A stretch of DNA of 64,000 bases from Octopus vulgaris (GCA_951406725.2 OX597816.1:177692001-177756000), one strand, 5' to 3'; positions 39,975 to 53,826 are shown, counted from the stretch's first letter. Notes: generated by a model from the sequence alone, not told the origin. Numbers and translations are program-made.

Positions 39975-40800
39975 TGCGAACCATGGAACAGGAAGCTCGC
40001 ATTCAACCGAAACTGTGGCCCAGTTTCTATTCCCAGTTCAAGCCGTTTAATTTCACTTACGTCGCTAATACTTTTGAGAAAGACATAAACATCAAGCTTT
40101 TTTCTCATTCCTTTCTTCCTGACAATATGGGGGAAATGAAACCAATATTTCATTTAACTTGTGTATTGGTAGAAGCTAAAACACGACAGCCATTAAATGT
40201 TGGATCAAAATCCATTGTAGTCGACTTTGCTGCTAAATCTTCCCACAATAGGCATAAGTACATTACTACTAACATATGGGCTGATTTAATTGACTATTTA
40301 TGCCCAAAATAATCTGATTAAGGCAGGATCCTTACACGGTCAACCATTGCGGAACCTCATCCTCGAAAAGGCAGGTACCAAACTATTTGCACCAATGAAT
40401 TTTGTCTAGTCCTTGAAGGAATATCAGAAATTCTTAAATGTTGTCGCTGTAATATTCCTATTGTTAAAAGAATAAATACTTCCCCGTTGGTGAATACTGT
40501 TAGCAGACCGCATTGATAATTATGCTCCAAGCTGTTTGGTCTTCTTAAACTCGAGCTTGTTAGTCTTCAGACTCGATTAGCAGTGATTAATAATTATTTC
40601 GTTTTTAATTGTTAAGCAAGTAATAGACTGCAAGGCACTTTCTTTTCTCAGTTGAATTTACTTCACTTTTTTACACTGCTTTGTAAGGGCCACCCTGCAT
40701 ACTAGTCAAAGCAACCCCTCTCGGTTCTTACCATATAACATCAGTGCATTGTGTTCACGGCAAACTCTCGAGATAATTCTCAAAAGCTTAAAATTTACTT
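39975..40800 (-). mobile_element. Highly degenerate CR1-like LINE RT relic
   Basis: Remnants resembling RPVALTS (RVALT, ~40690), GVPQG (EVPQW, ~40350) and KDLGV (KKLDV, ~40095) in the expected order. Confidence 0.4.
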
Positions 40801-41436
40801 TGTGTCCTAGTTAGAAGAAAGTGATATATAAAAAATTATTGAAGTACTAATTTCAGAAAATGATTAAAATTACGTTGAAAGTACTAACATATAACATGTT
40901 TGCTTTGAAAATCATTTCAGAAACACGGACTTTTACTAAAGTATATTTTGTTCCCTAGTTCACTACTTGGTTTTGTACACACTGAAGGTTTCGAATTTTG
41001 TTGTAGTTTGACAGAACTTACAATCAATTACCTTCTCCAAATCTATAAGCCGAGATTAATTCAGAATCAAATTCATCCCCGTATTCATATCAACTTTCAT
41101 CTTCTTGTGTATTGTTCAGAGATATTGCCATGGACACAGCACTGTCCATGACATACAAGAACCGGTCACTCGTCGACTGATATATGTCACTTGTTGTCTC
41201 TACACACCATATTTTCTGTAATGTAACTTAAGTCTTTAAGCAGAGTTGATAAAGCCAAGCCAATGGAGCACCAGTCAGTTAGCGAAAGTATTTGCAATTC
41301 ACCTACAGTTGGCCTGACTGAAGAACTAGTTGTAAGTATAGTTGTGCGGACCGGTCAGTTTTAATCGGTCCAATCTACAGAAGTAGACGACTGAATGATC
41401 TTTGGTGATCCCCAAATTTAGTTTCGATATAATATA

Positions 41437-41845
41437 TTGGTTTGAAATTTGGGTACAAGGCCAGCAATTTTGGGGGAGGGGTTAAGTCTATTACATCGAC
41501 CACAGTGCTTAACTGGTACTCATTTTATCGACCCCCGAAAGGATAAAAAGCAAAAGAGACCATGATGGAATTTGAACTCAGAACATGAGATAGAAAAAAT
41601 GCCGCCAGCCCGCCGCCTTCGTTTCGATTTAATATATTGGTTTCAAATTTTGGCACAAGGCCAGCAAGTTCGGGGGAGAAAGATAAGTCGATTACATTGA
41701 CCCCAGTACTCTGTCGGTACTTGCTCTATCGACGCCAAAAGGATGAAAGGTAAAGTCGACCTTGGCGGAATTTGAACTCAGGACGTAAAGTCGGATGAAA
41801 TGCCGCTAAGCATTTTGTCCGGCGTGCTAATGATACTGCCAGCTG
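41437..41845 (-). mobile_element. Two tandem SINE family B copies (41437-41620, 41636-41845)
   Basis: Both begin TTTCGAT.TAATATATTGGTTT.AAATTT and carry the central domain. Confidence 0.85.
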
Positions 41846-41879
41846 GCTTTCTCTGTTTCCATGTATATGCGTCTTAGGT

Positions 41880-43430
41880 GGACTAAGTGTGAAGCTTAAT
41901 CTTTTTAAGAGTACGTTGATATCATTGTGTAGGAGGTTTATGGTTGTAGCCATCTCAGCAGCGTGCGATGGCGTGAAAAGCGCTATTTTTGTTATTTGTA
42001 ATTTATATATTTTAGGAAGAGAAGATTGAAAGCTCAAACACGATTAGTATAATTCACGATCGCTCTAATATATTACAGGCATACTAGTTGTTCCTTTAGG
42101 TTGTGCCAAAAGTACTTTTAGAGTGTTAGTGTCGTTTTTCTTTCCTTACTATGTCTTCTATGGTAACTGGGAATGTTTGAAAAATGTTATAGGTAACTTA
42201 GTATTTTGAAGGTCTATGTACGTGGTATGTTTATGTTATTAAGTCTAACTGTTGGTTGTATTTGATGTTCTCTGGGTGATACTAGTAAGAAGTGAGACAG
42301 TGGAATTGATATATGATACTTTTAGTCTATTGTTTGGAAAATGGTTTGTAAGTGGTTGACGTAGACGTAGAGTAGTTTTCCTACTGTGTATGATGATTGG
42401 TAAGAAGAGATATTCTGATGTCATCCGCGTATGGAGATGTTTTGTGCAGGTGAAGGGAGAAGTAATAGGGAATGTAGGTGAAGGCACATATTCTAGATGT
42501 GTTGTACTTAACATAGGCTTGTCGATATGTGAGATAGTTTGCCAGGCAGAATATTATAACGTTTTAAAGAGGTGTTGAATATGGTGTTTATAGTAGTGAG
42601 TAGAGAGCGATTAAGCCGAAAATGGTTGTTAGAATGGTGTGTGAAAGAACATTTTCGTAGTTTTGAACCCAGTGTATATTTTACGTGAGAGGCGTGAGGT
42701 TTCTTACTAGTGTGATAGTCGAATGTAATGGTTTGAATTTATTTAAAACTTGAAAAAGAGGAATTTAGAGGTTAAAACTTTCTATTGGTTTTAGATATGT
42801 ATAGAAGAGTAATGAACTATTCTTTCTGATATTGCTACGTTTGGATTTTGTCAAGTTTTAGGATTGTTATAATTCTCTCTACTTTCTTAAAATTTAGTCG
42901 TGTTGGTTTAAGTAATTTAAGATGTGGCGATTTTAGTAAATTTATTGTATGCTATGTCTGTCTGTGATTGTGAATTGAGAGGCTTTGTGTTTCTGTATGA
43001 CTCTTTTGTTAATGCCTGGTGATTTAAAGGAGTTAACACATCGTGGATATGTTACAGTCTTGTTTGCGTGGTTCTGCTGACTGACTTTTGAAAACACTGT
43101 GACAATGGAGTTTTATTATTGCTTGAGTGTAAGCTAGTCATTATTTCTCGTTACTGTAGCATGTGATGAAATGCAGGCACCATTAGAACGGTTGTTACAG
43201 CTTGTTTTAAGCATTAAGCCGGATACAAATATTTGCTACTTTTCTACTTTTCTGTCATCTACTTTGTTCTTTTCTTGTTTAATTGCTTACTACTAAGTTT
43301 TATTTGTTTTGAACATACTGTTGACTTGTTGTCTCTACGTTTTAGTGAATATTTTAATTACGGTTGTATTTTTTATGGTGCTGTCTGCTTTTCAGACACT
43401 TATTTGTTATTCATTTAAACTGCAGTGTTT
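41880..43430 (-). mobile_element. Degenerate Jockey/I-group LINE RT
   Basis: SPYADDI at 42417-42437 (YADD 42420-42431); downstream KLQITKIAL..TTINLLHND resembles the KLQxxQNxALR..LH thumb motif. Confidence 0.7.
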
Positions 43431-43549
43431 ATGTCGGCAATTGTATTGTTAAACTCTGGGAAAAGTAGATGCTTCAAGGTGAAAATGTTAACCCCACTTC
43501 CATCTTTTCGTTTTGTTTCGTGAACTGAAACTTCTAACTCCATTCCCCA

Positions 43550-44200
43550 ATTTCTAAGCCCATAAGGGTATTGGGTTGCACTCCCTACGATGTTTCAGGT
43601 CATCGGAAAATGTATAATTCTAATATCTTCTATTTCCACATCAACTGAAACAGAGTAATAGGGCTCCCTCGACACAATCTCCCATATGGCAGCACCTGAC
43701 GAATGAAAATCCATTCAATTTGCTTATCACCAACAATATTAACTTACTTTCACGTTACCTGTAACTGGAAACTCACAGTAGCAACCAAATGGATCCTCGG
43801 TTATCTTGGAATAAATGTAAACTCTGCACGTATTGAGTACACTTTTGTTTGTAACCAAACACATCCGCTCTCAATCGGTCGGCCACTATCTACGTATTGA
43901 GAACATACATCTGAAACTGAAGAAATAGGCCCTCATCTACTCCATGAAGAATATCCTAACTTCATACCATGCGCATTATAGTGCATAGGGATAAACCAGT
44001 ACTCAGTGCACTTCAATAAGTGCCGGTCGAAAAACACATACATGTCTGCGACCATCGAACATAACTATTTATCAAGGCTTGCAGTGATTGGAAAGAAACA
44101 AAAACGACAGGTAGTTGACAATAGAAGCCACGGTTCGTATCCTGCTTACATGCGGCTTAGGTATATGGGTCGTCTGAAACTGACTGACTGATACACCTGT
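43550..44200 (-). mobile_element. Possible degenerate CR1-like RT relic
   Basis: GALLL..FSDDLK (GPLLF..FADDxK-like) near 43590-43660; weak. Confidence 0.3.
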
Positions 44201-44837
44201 CGGCAGCCACCTAAGTGTCTAGTGTTTTTCTGGGGAGAACAAAACTAGAAAGAGTAACCTAACCAAAACTCTGATCTAATTCCCCTAAATAACCAGAATA
44301 GATTTCTTTTGCAGTTACTATGGCTGAGCATACCTGTCTGTTTGCAAAGCGAAATCATGATGTCTAAAGGTGAAATATAAGTTTAACTACTAGCTCTTGA
44401 AGTTACTCTCACGTGATCCAGTATATAAATTCTTGGCACTGACCCGTAGTTTGATAGATCAGCGATTCAGCTTTGTCTAGATCTTTCAAGGGGAAAAATA
44501 CTTTATTTTGACTGTTGCAATTATCTCCTTTGCTACTGCTGTTGACGAAATTATTAGACTTAGTAAAATTATTTTCTTCGCCCTTGCGTTCGTTAAAGGG
44601 TTTGGAGCGTCTAGTATATGTAACAATATTTCTCATATCATAACTTCAAAATTTTGCCGGTTAAAGAGTTTAGAATATTTGAACCCTATGGGAAACGCTT
44701 GAGCACAAAAGCAAGAGAGTCAGAGTAACTGAATGTTGTAAACTGGAATAAACATGGTATATATTTACTCAGCCTTGAATGAGTTGTTTTCTTTAGCTTC
44801 GTTCGTAATATTACCGAGTATGCCATAACACAAGTAC

Positions 44838-44986
44838 ACTTAGCCATTATACATTCTTTATTTTCTCTCCCTGTTTCTTTCTGTGTTCCTTTCTGTGGAA
44901 GAGCGTAGGCTCGAAACGTTTAAAATTTTTTCACTTCCCGAGCGTTAACTAATACATTTGTTTGTTGTCTACACCACCTGTCTTCA
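44838..44986 (+). mobile_element. Small Penelope-pLTR-like repeat with hammerhead-like motif (copy 2)
   Basis: CTTT CTGTGGA A GAGC-gtag-GCTC GAA ACGT T at 44889-44920; homologous to 7634-7823. Confidence 0.65.
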
Positions 44987-45573
44987 TTAAATGTTTTAAT
45001 TCTTTCTGTTTTCCTCGCATACTGTTTTTCTCTGTTATGTTGGTGCTGTACGGTGGATTAATTTAAGATTTTAGCTCTTATTTCTAGCAGGTAGTTGCTT
45101 GTTAAGCATCATCACGCTTCGTGCAAATTTATAATTCATAGCTATATAATGCTATTACGCCTGCGATCCACCTATGTCACTGGTGGTGATATCATCAATT
45201 TTAAATTTTATCCGCAGATGATATGAACAGTAGTGACATCTGATTTCAAATCTCAGTGTTTGGATATTTTGCTTATATATATAGGTTACTATGTATGTGA
45301 GCGTGCTTATTTATATGTACCAAAATTTGCATCTTGGAAGAACATTCATTTGCTTTAAACCAGAATACAAACTGCATTGCAATGTTTTTCATTTTTTCAA
45401 TCATTTCTGATATACCCCGTGTTTAAAAGGTTTATACTGTGGCAATAAACACAATCACTTGCAGAGATAAAATGTCTGTAAATAGAATAATAGACTTTAA
45501 TTTGAAACAAACGGCACCAAATACGCTCAGATCCTACCATAAACTCAATGTTTCAATAATTTACCTTCCTCAA

Positions 45574-45772
45574 GGCGGCGAGCCGGCAAAATCGTTACTG
45601 CACCGGGCAAGATGTTTAGTGGCATTTCGTTTGTCTATACTTTCTGAGTTCAAACTCTGCCGAAGTCGACATTGTTTTTCATCCTTTCGAAGTCGATAAA
45701 ATATGTACCAGTTGGACATTGGAATTGATGTAATCGATTTACCGTCTCCTGTGCCAAAATATGAAACCGATA
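45574..45772 (+). mobile_element. SINE family B
   Basis: GGCGGCGAGCCGGCAAAATCGTTA head, central domain, tail. Confidence 0.85.
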
Positions 45773-47528
45773 TTTTACCTTTCCCAAAAACATTGATTCA
45801 TGCCCCATTTAATCACCATATGGCCTCTGGTTGACTAATCCTTGTCCACTCCAGGTGAAACATTAATTTAGATCCTTATCTTTTATGCATTACCAAAAGT
45901 AAACTTTGGCATTAATTTGGCATGACTAGTTGCCGGGGTACTCCACTATTGTTTTCTCAGAAAAAAATGAGAATCGGTAGATTTATTATCTTGAATGAAT
46001 ACGATTAACGACAATATATATTCAATATTTTTCTCACTGGTATTATTTTGATATCAAACTGTTAAGAAAAGAAATGTTTTTATCACCCATCATGATCTGT
46101 TCCAAAAGTGTAAAATGAAGTATAATGGAAGTCTATTTGTTTTTATTAATATAGGCCACGGATGAGCAGAATCGTTAGCACGTCGGATTAAAAAAAATTG
46201 TTCAGCAGTATTTTGTTGAGTTCCAATTTGGCTGGGGTTGACCCCCTCTGGCTCGTGGAAATCGGTTGAGCATTGGGGTCGATGTAATCAACTAAGCCAT
46301 CGCACAATATTACAACCCTGGTATACCTATAGTTAAAAGGATATTTGTGTTATTTAATAGAGAAATGAAGGAGGCATACTAAATGCTCGCTATTATATAT
46401 TTTGTTACATTGCTATTTTAAGTTCAATGTATGTTAAAGTCAGCTTCATCCTTCAGTATTTCTGGGTTAATAATGTACCACATTTATTCGAGAGATTTTA
46501 AATATAACCTTACAAAATTTAATCTTCAGTCGAGCCAGTGCAAAATTAAATGAAGCAGATTAGGAGGGGGGTCGGTTATGGCAGAGATTATAAACTATTA
46601 ACCAACTTTTTTAATTTATGTTAACATTGCACGACATTCCTACCTTGAAATATTTACTACAAATATGACAGAGCTTTCCCACTTGTTATTACATCTCTCT
46701 TGCTCGTTACTTACTTACACTTGCCTTTCTATGTTTCATGATTCACTGAATTGTCGTGACACCATTTAAGGTCAGGTGACGTTTCATGCAAAATATGATA
46801 TGAGCTCATCACATCGACTAACAAAACGTTCAAAGACATTTGGTATCTATGTCTTTTATCGACCTCAGTAAGAACTGAACCCAGAAGTTAGAAGGTGAAA
46901 CTAAATATTGCTAAACATTTAATCCAGTGTTCCGTTTCCGCAATTCCACCGGCTTTAAATACATTTAATAATATTTGCTGTGACAGCTGTTTTTATTTAG
47001 CTCTGATAAAAATAACTCTGAAAATATACAAAGCCTCATGATTCTATATTTAAATGGTAAATCAGTGCTTTACTGCAGAATACTTTTTAGATATAAATAT
47101 TTACTGCTTAGGCAAGTGCTGTACAGCAAAGGTTAAGCATCCGGCCATCCGAATCTGTGATGCTGTTTCAATCTCTAATTGAAGGCATGTAATCTCTTGT
47201 TTGCTTGTTTGCTACAAAGTTGCTATTTGTGGGAGGCATAAATGCGACACATTTGTGCCATTCTACTGCTTCTAAGAGTAAATTAAAAATGCGTATTAAT
47301 AACTGTAGATTGTGCTGCATTAATAATCGCAAGCATCACGATCTCCTTTATTTAAGAAACAGTGGTTTATTGTCTGACGAGGCAAAAAAAATCATTTTCA
47401 TTACTGTGTTTCAGTTGAGGAGGACATCATTTCCGGTGTTGTATTCGCAGAATGTCAGAGCAATGGATAAATGTTACGCATATCTTCTCTTCTTAAAATT
47501 CGACACCTTGTGTTTAAGTAAGAAATTA

Positions 47529-47726
47529 TTGATTTCAAGTTTTGGCACAAAGCCAGCAATTTCGGAGGGAGTAAGTCAATTGCATAAGCACTAGTGCTCG
47601 ACTGGTACTTATTTTATTGACCCCGAAAGGATGAAAGGCAAAGTCAACTCTGACGGACTTTGAATTGAGAAAGTAAAGGCGGACAAAATGCCCGGCGCGG
47701 TAACGATTTTGCCGGTTCGCCGCCTT
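47529..47726 (-). mobile_element. SINE family B
   Basis: Reverse complement of head, central domain and tail. Confidence 0.85.
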
Positions 47727-48689
47727 TATGTAAGAAATTATTAACGTAATTTTATTGAGAACAGTCGATAAACAGGATTGTCCAAGCGTTGTAGTAATTG
47801 TTCTGGCTCCTAACTTCCTGGCGTCAAAGTCTACCGCGGTATCGACTAACCCGCCAAATTATAAAGTTTGATTGTTATCAGTTTCTGAAGAGACAAGTTC
47901 ATGCCATCTGACAGTATCGTGGGACGCTGGATAGACTACATCAGTGTTTTGTGCAAGTCTCTATCCCCCAAGAATAAAGTTTTTAAGCCATGTAACTGTT
48001 GAATATAAAACAGTATTAGCAAACTTTTCTCTTTTTGGTTACTGTATAGGATAACCCGTGAAAGGAAAACTGATTTGCTCAAAGCAAAACAAGGAAAAAC
48101 TAGGTAAATCTCCCTCGAATCACAAGAAAGGGCATGATGGACAACCTTGTCCATGCTACACAAATATACTGGAATTCCTTTGATTATAGGTCTGTTCATT
48201 TGCAGGTAACTTTGGGCTAAGCAACAGCAACATGTAACAAGTGATTGCTTGACTTGTTAGAAATATCAGTCAAATCTATCTCAATGCACTTTCTGCTGCT
48301 TTATAAAGCGTACTGAGTAACGTATCTGAAAAAACCCCAGCTATATTTGAAAAAAAAACGAGATAGTCACGATTAGAACGGTTTGATCATAGGCTTCTTT
48401 TGACTTAGAACGAAACAAAGTCTACCACTAATGACTTAGAACGAAACTGATGTCCCTTGAGTGAAAATTGACATTAGCAACATCTACCTCGTACAACGTT
48501 TTCAATCATTAGAAGGGAAAAAAGCAGGATATTCTGAAGTTACGGCTACTTTGTGTTCTCACCAGAACATTAGTGGCATAAGTAAAGTTAAAATGCTTGA
48601 GACGAGAATCGAATCCGACTGTCACATTTGGTTCTTCGGAAGTCTGTCTTAATCGTTGGAGATAATCGGAACACAGTAAGTCATCAAAC

Positions 48690-49161
48690 AAAGAATTCCG
48701 CCGAGGTTGACTGTCTTTCATCCTTTCGGGATTGATAAATTAAGTACCAGATGCGTACTGGCGTCGATCTAATCGACTGGCCCCCCTCCCCAAAAATCTC
48801 GGGCCTTGTACCTAGAGTAGAAAAGAATATTCAAAGAAAGAGAGCTGGCAAGATGGCAGAATCGTTAGCATGCTGGACAAAATAGCGCCATTTCTTCCAG
48901 CCCTTCATGTTCTGGGTTCAAATTCCGCCTTTCATCCTTTAGGGTCAAATAAAATAAGAACCATATGAACACTGGAGTTGATGTAATCGGCTCAATCGCT
49001 CCCATAAAATTACTGGCCTCGCGCCAAAATTTGAAACCAATATTCAAACGAAGAGTAAGGCTGGTAGAATTCTAAAAGTTTCGGAAACTCATTACATTCC
49101 AAATTCAAATTCCACTGTGGTCGACTTTGCCTTTAAACCTTTCGGGTTTGACTAAATAAGT
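48690..49161 (+). mobile_element. Cluster of three SINE family B copies/fragments; the last is split by the 49162-50461 insertion and resumes at 50478-50550
   Basis: Central domain repeated three times; third copy continues TAAATAAGTAC..GATGTAATCGA..AATTGCTGG after 50477. Confidence 0.8.
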
Positions 49162-50461
49162 GATTTCTTTATTTCCCACAAGCGGCTAAACATAGAGGGG
49201 ACAATACAAGGACAGACAAAAGAAGAAAAACGAATGGAAAATATGAATAATGAAATGGAATGAAGGCCACTCGACCCCACATCTGTGCGACTTCACTTAG
49301 ACTTTTTTAAACAATTAAAATATAGGTCACTAAAGTCCACCGTTGGTGACAACTAACTTGACACTGTTTGCATTCTTAGGTGCAAAAATTCTGTACCATA
49401 AAGACTGTTCTTTTCCTCCTCACTCACCTGAGCACATCTGGAGTTCTCCGGTAAACACTCAGCTCCCGTCACTTCCACCGACACAGGTGAGTTTTTCTTC
49501 TTTTATTTTTCGTTTCTCAGTTTTTTGTTCACATTGTTATACACTATCGCGTGACACATTTTGGGGCTGGGGTTGGGAATTTCAAGCACCTGGATGTCTG
49601 TGCAAGTGTCTGTGTCAGGAGGGGCAGGATGAGGGTTGGTGACTGCATGGGAAGATGGGATCGGGTGGGAGTAGGGTGGGGATTCACATTTTTTCCTTCA
49701 GTTCTTTTCTTTCCTCTTTCCTCTTTTTGGCTTGCGTTCTCCATTCCTCTTAGTTTCCCTCTCCCTTCTCCGGCTCCTCCTCACGCACACACGATGGGCC
49801 AGGAGGTGGAGATGCAGTTTCTTCATTTGGTGCACTTGCGCTAAGTGGAGGGTATTCTGCTTTTATGTGACCTTTTTCGCCACATTTAAAGCATCGCGGC
49901 GTCCTGTCCTCCACCTTGACTCTCACCTTTACATCCTCTCCGACTGTGATGGTTTCCACCATCCTCTCCAACTCTACGGGACGGCCTGGATTATCATTTC
50001 CAGGCCCTGCCCTTGCCTATTCCTTGGTAGCACTCTTTTGGCACATCTTTCCATAATAGACTCAAAGCTCTTTCAACCTGTGATTTAGTTGCGACCTCTA
50101 TTCGTTAGTATTTCAAACTGTGAGTTCGATACAGTATGTTTCTTGTTTTCACGTCATCTTTTATCTTCCACTGCCTCTGCAAAATTCTTCACCTCAATCG
50201 CTTCATCTAGTCTCTTTAGACTTTTAACCAGCTCCTCCTCAGACGACGACAATTCTGAAGAGCTAACCTCTTCCGTTATCATCTCCATTACCGCGCTTCC
50301 CCCTTCAAACAAGGGGAAATAGCGTAAACAAAGGACACCAAAAGCAACAAAATAAGGTGCCGTTTGACACCAAACAGTTAATTAACCGTAAGAACAATTT
50401 AACTCACACTATAACAATTCCAGAAGTCAACTAATCAAAAAAAGAGACGTTCTTCGAGCGT
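49162..50461 (-). mobile_element. ORF1-only L1/Tx1-derived retroelement (HAL1-like), copy 2, with 16-bp TSD
   Basis: TSD GTTTGACTAAATAAGT (49146-49161) / GTTTGGCTAAATAAGT (50462-50477); SSSEEELVKSLKRLDE..KNFAE N-terminus and PRCFKCGEKGHIKAE knuckle; AATAAA 3' end. Confidence 0.85.
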
Positions 50462-51079
50462 GTTTGGCTAAATAAGTACGGTCAAATGACTGATGTAATC
50501 GAATTGCCCACTGCCTTCATAATTGCTGGTGTTTTGCAAAAATCAGAATATTCTAATAAAGAATTGATTTTATTATAGCCATGAAGGACTAACATAGAGG
50601 GGACAGACAAGGGGTCGAGGGGACTTGCACCAAATGGTTACAGAATGATTTTATAAAAGTATAAAATAAAATAAATAATGAAAATGTGAAGGGATTAACG
50701 GGTATGACCCCACCGACCACAATCCATCACTGAACCTTTCATGACTCCTTTTGTCTTTTCCCAAGAAGATACATTCATTCTCATCATATATGCCACTTCT
50801 ATCTTTAATATTCAAATAAAGAATGTCAGAATATTTCCAAAGACAAACTAGAATCATTTTTTCCACCGGGCAAAATTCTTTGTGATATAAAATTCCGCTG
50901 CAGTCAACTTTCATTTTCATTTTTCAGGAGTCGATGAAATAAAGTGCCGTGCGAGTACTAATATCGATTGATGATTCCTTGATGTGAATTATAGAACAAA
51001 ATATTTTTGTGTACATTTTATTCAGAACATATTTATGTGCATGTATGTGTAATTATCTGTGTATGCATGTAGTTGCATA

Positions 51080-51153
<74 letters not shown>

Positions 51154-51214
51154 AACTTACTTAGAAATGGTTACGTGGCGTTCAATCATATAATAAAATA
51201 AATAATATATATAT

Positions 51215-51597
51215 AGGCGCAGGAGTGGCTGTGTGGTAAGTAGCTTGCTAACCAACCACATGGTTCCGGGTTCAGTCCCACTGCGTGGCATCTTGGGCAA
51301 GTGTCTTTTGCTATAGCCTCGGGCCGACCGAAGCCTTGTGAGTGGATTTGGTAGACGGAAACACATATATATGTATGTGTGTGTGTTTGTGTGTCTGTGT
51401 TTGTCCCCCTAGCATTGCTTGACAACCGATGCTGGTGTGTTTACGTCCCCGTTACTTAGCGGTTCGGCAAAAGAGACCGATAGAATAAGTACTGGGCTTA
51501 CAAAAGAATAAGTCCCGGGGTCGAGTTGCTGGATTAAAGGCGGTGCTCCAGCATGGCCGCAGTCAAATGACTGAAACAAGTAAAAGAGTAAAAGAGT
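51215..51597 (+). mobile_element. SINE family A
   Basis: Full head and tail. Confidence 0.92.
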
Positions 51598-51654
51598 ATA
51601 TGTATATATACATAATACATATGCATACTTACATATATATGTATATGCATATGT

Positions 51655-52092
51655 GGACACAAGACGTCACAAAACGTAAGTAACATGAAATACGAAAATC
51701 GAATACATGGAATATGAACTTTTTTCAAACAACATGGACCAGACGCATTCTTGACTGTCTCCTGTCCAAGCTTGTTCCACCGTGTTTGCCACATCACCTC
51801 ATTTAGGCTTAGCAGCTCTTCCTGTTTGTTTCACTGTCCTGTTTTTGTTACCAATTTTGACCATCCGCAAAATCCTAAATTTTATTTAATTTGCTTTGCG
51901 GGAGCAACTGTTTTGTCCAATGTGTATCTTGTCATGAATTGTCATGAATTGCGCGAAATACGGATTAGAAAAATAGCCGACAACTGATGAAGGGTCATTC
52001 TTTATGTTGCTTGTTTTGTTTTCCATTTGTTTCTTTCGTTGTTCGAAAAAAGTTCATATTCCGTGTATTCGTATTTCGTATGCATACATGCA
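51655..52092. mobile_element. Insert with inverted terminal segments, probably Penelope pLTR-derived
   Basis: GAATACATGGAATATGAACTTTTTTCAAACAAC (~51701-51733) is inverted at GTTGTTCGAAAAAAGTTCATATTCCGTGTATTC (~52038-52070). Confidence 0.6.
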
Positions 52093-52134
52093 TATATTAT
52101 TTATATTATTATTATTATTATTATTATTACTTTT

Positions 52135-52474
52135 TTTTTCTTCTTTCAAATTTGCTTCCATTTCTTGCCGAGTGTCTTCCCGAGTCCTAGGGCAAAGAAA
52201 CTCATAGTATACATTGGTAGGCCATTAAACTAAACTCAATAGTTCGTTCATTTTTTTTTTAAGTTAAATTAAAATACATGGGTAGTAATAATTCTCACAT
52301 CGACAATGCTCTTCTCAATACGTGTGATGTACCAGTTAAGACAATCTTTTGCACTTCTTGCAGGGATGGTAACCCAGGGATCATTATCATATAATTTTCG
52401 GTTCCCTTCTTGATCATTCCTAGTGCTCCTACAATCACTGGTATTGTAACCGCCTTGAGATGCCACATTTTCTC
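52135..52474 (-). mobile_element. 3' end of R4/Dong-type RLE non-LTR retrotransposon, family 2
   Basis: 52474-52295 reads EKMWHLKAVTIPVIVGALGMIKKGTENY..IPGLPSLQEVQKIVLTGTSHVLRRALSM* (frame not in the ORF list); flanked by (ATT)n. Confidence 0.85.
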
Positions 52475-52507
52475 ATTATTACTATTATTATTATTATTAT
52501 TATTATT

Positions 52508-53126
52508 CAGTAGTTTTATTTTTATAGCGTGCTTTCACTTCACTACCGAGCGCAGCTCTGTGTGCCTTGGGTATGTGCTGTGATTTGTTGTGATGCTCTG
52601 ATGGTTATTGTATGGAAAGTGTTCTGCGTAGGATGTGTGCAGTGCCTAGTAGTGCAATTTTCTGTATGTTATATGTGTTTGTAAGTCCTGGTGTTTTTGT
52701 TATGTATTTGCCTGAATATTTTTTTATCATGCCTAATGCACCTACTATAATAGGAATTGTTTCTGTTTTCAGGTTCCACATTCTAGTTATCTCTATTTCC
52801 AGGTCTTTGTATTTTGAGAGTTTCTCCATTTCTTTTAGAGACACGTTGTCATCTGCCGGTATTGATACATCAATTAGAAAGCATTTTTTTTCTTCATGAT
52901 CTCTGACAACTATATCTGGTCTGTTGGCCTTAATTTCTCTATCTGTGTGTATCGGCATATCCCAGAGTATGGTTGCTTTCTCGTTTTCTGTGACCATTTC
53001 TGGTATGTGCCTATACCATCTTTTTTCTGTTGTTATTCCATAATGTTGGCATAGCTTCCAATGTATGTAGGTTCCAACTCTGTCATGTCTGTGAATATAT
53101 TCCTTCTTAGCCAGGACTGGGCAGAT
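52508..53126 (-). mobile_element. 3' end of R4/Dong-type RLE non-LTR retrotransposon, family 1
   Basis: CPVLAKKEYIHRHDRV..ILWDMPIHTDREIKANRPDIVV..CFLIDVSIP..EKLSKYKDL..IPIIVGALG..LGTAHILRRTL: RHD and PD..D restriction-like endonuclease; (ATT)n on both sides. Confidence 0.93.
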
Positions 53127-53139
53127 AATATTATTATTA

Positions 53140-53223
<84 letters not shown>

Positions 53224-53826
53224 ACGAGAAGGAACGAATGACACCAAGAAAATGTAGTTTCAGCTACCGATGCAACATTATCTAGAATAAATCAACACTG
53301 GAATCTCTTCGTGCCTGCTCAGCCTCCTATCCCCTATATCACACCTTATCCTCGTAGAAAATAAGAAAAAAGGATAAAAAAGGATAAATCCAAGCCGAAA
53401 TGTTATCTACCTTAGGCCTGTTTCATCGAAGCTGGCTTGGGACCAAGCGAGTGAAATGACAATATTGCAAAGTAATTTTTTAAATTTTGACATTTATTTC
53501 TTTCAAAATGATTGTGTAATTTTTGAAATTGCATAAATATTATGATACAATTGCGTATAGTGTATTAAATATATCGAGAATTGATTTTATCGCTTCATTT
53601 GTTCAAATTTTTACAAATTTGTGTACAAAATATATAACTGAATTTGTGTGTGCGCATGCGCATACATCCCCTCTTTGATTGCGAGCACGCTTATGTGTGT
53701 GTGAGAGAGAGTTCATTTTTCGAGAGATCTGTAAAAGAAATGGAAATTTGCTTCTTATCCTTAAGCTTCGATTATTTTATCATTGTAAGTTACATCATCT
53801 CATCATCCTGTTCAGTTTGATATCCC

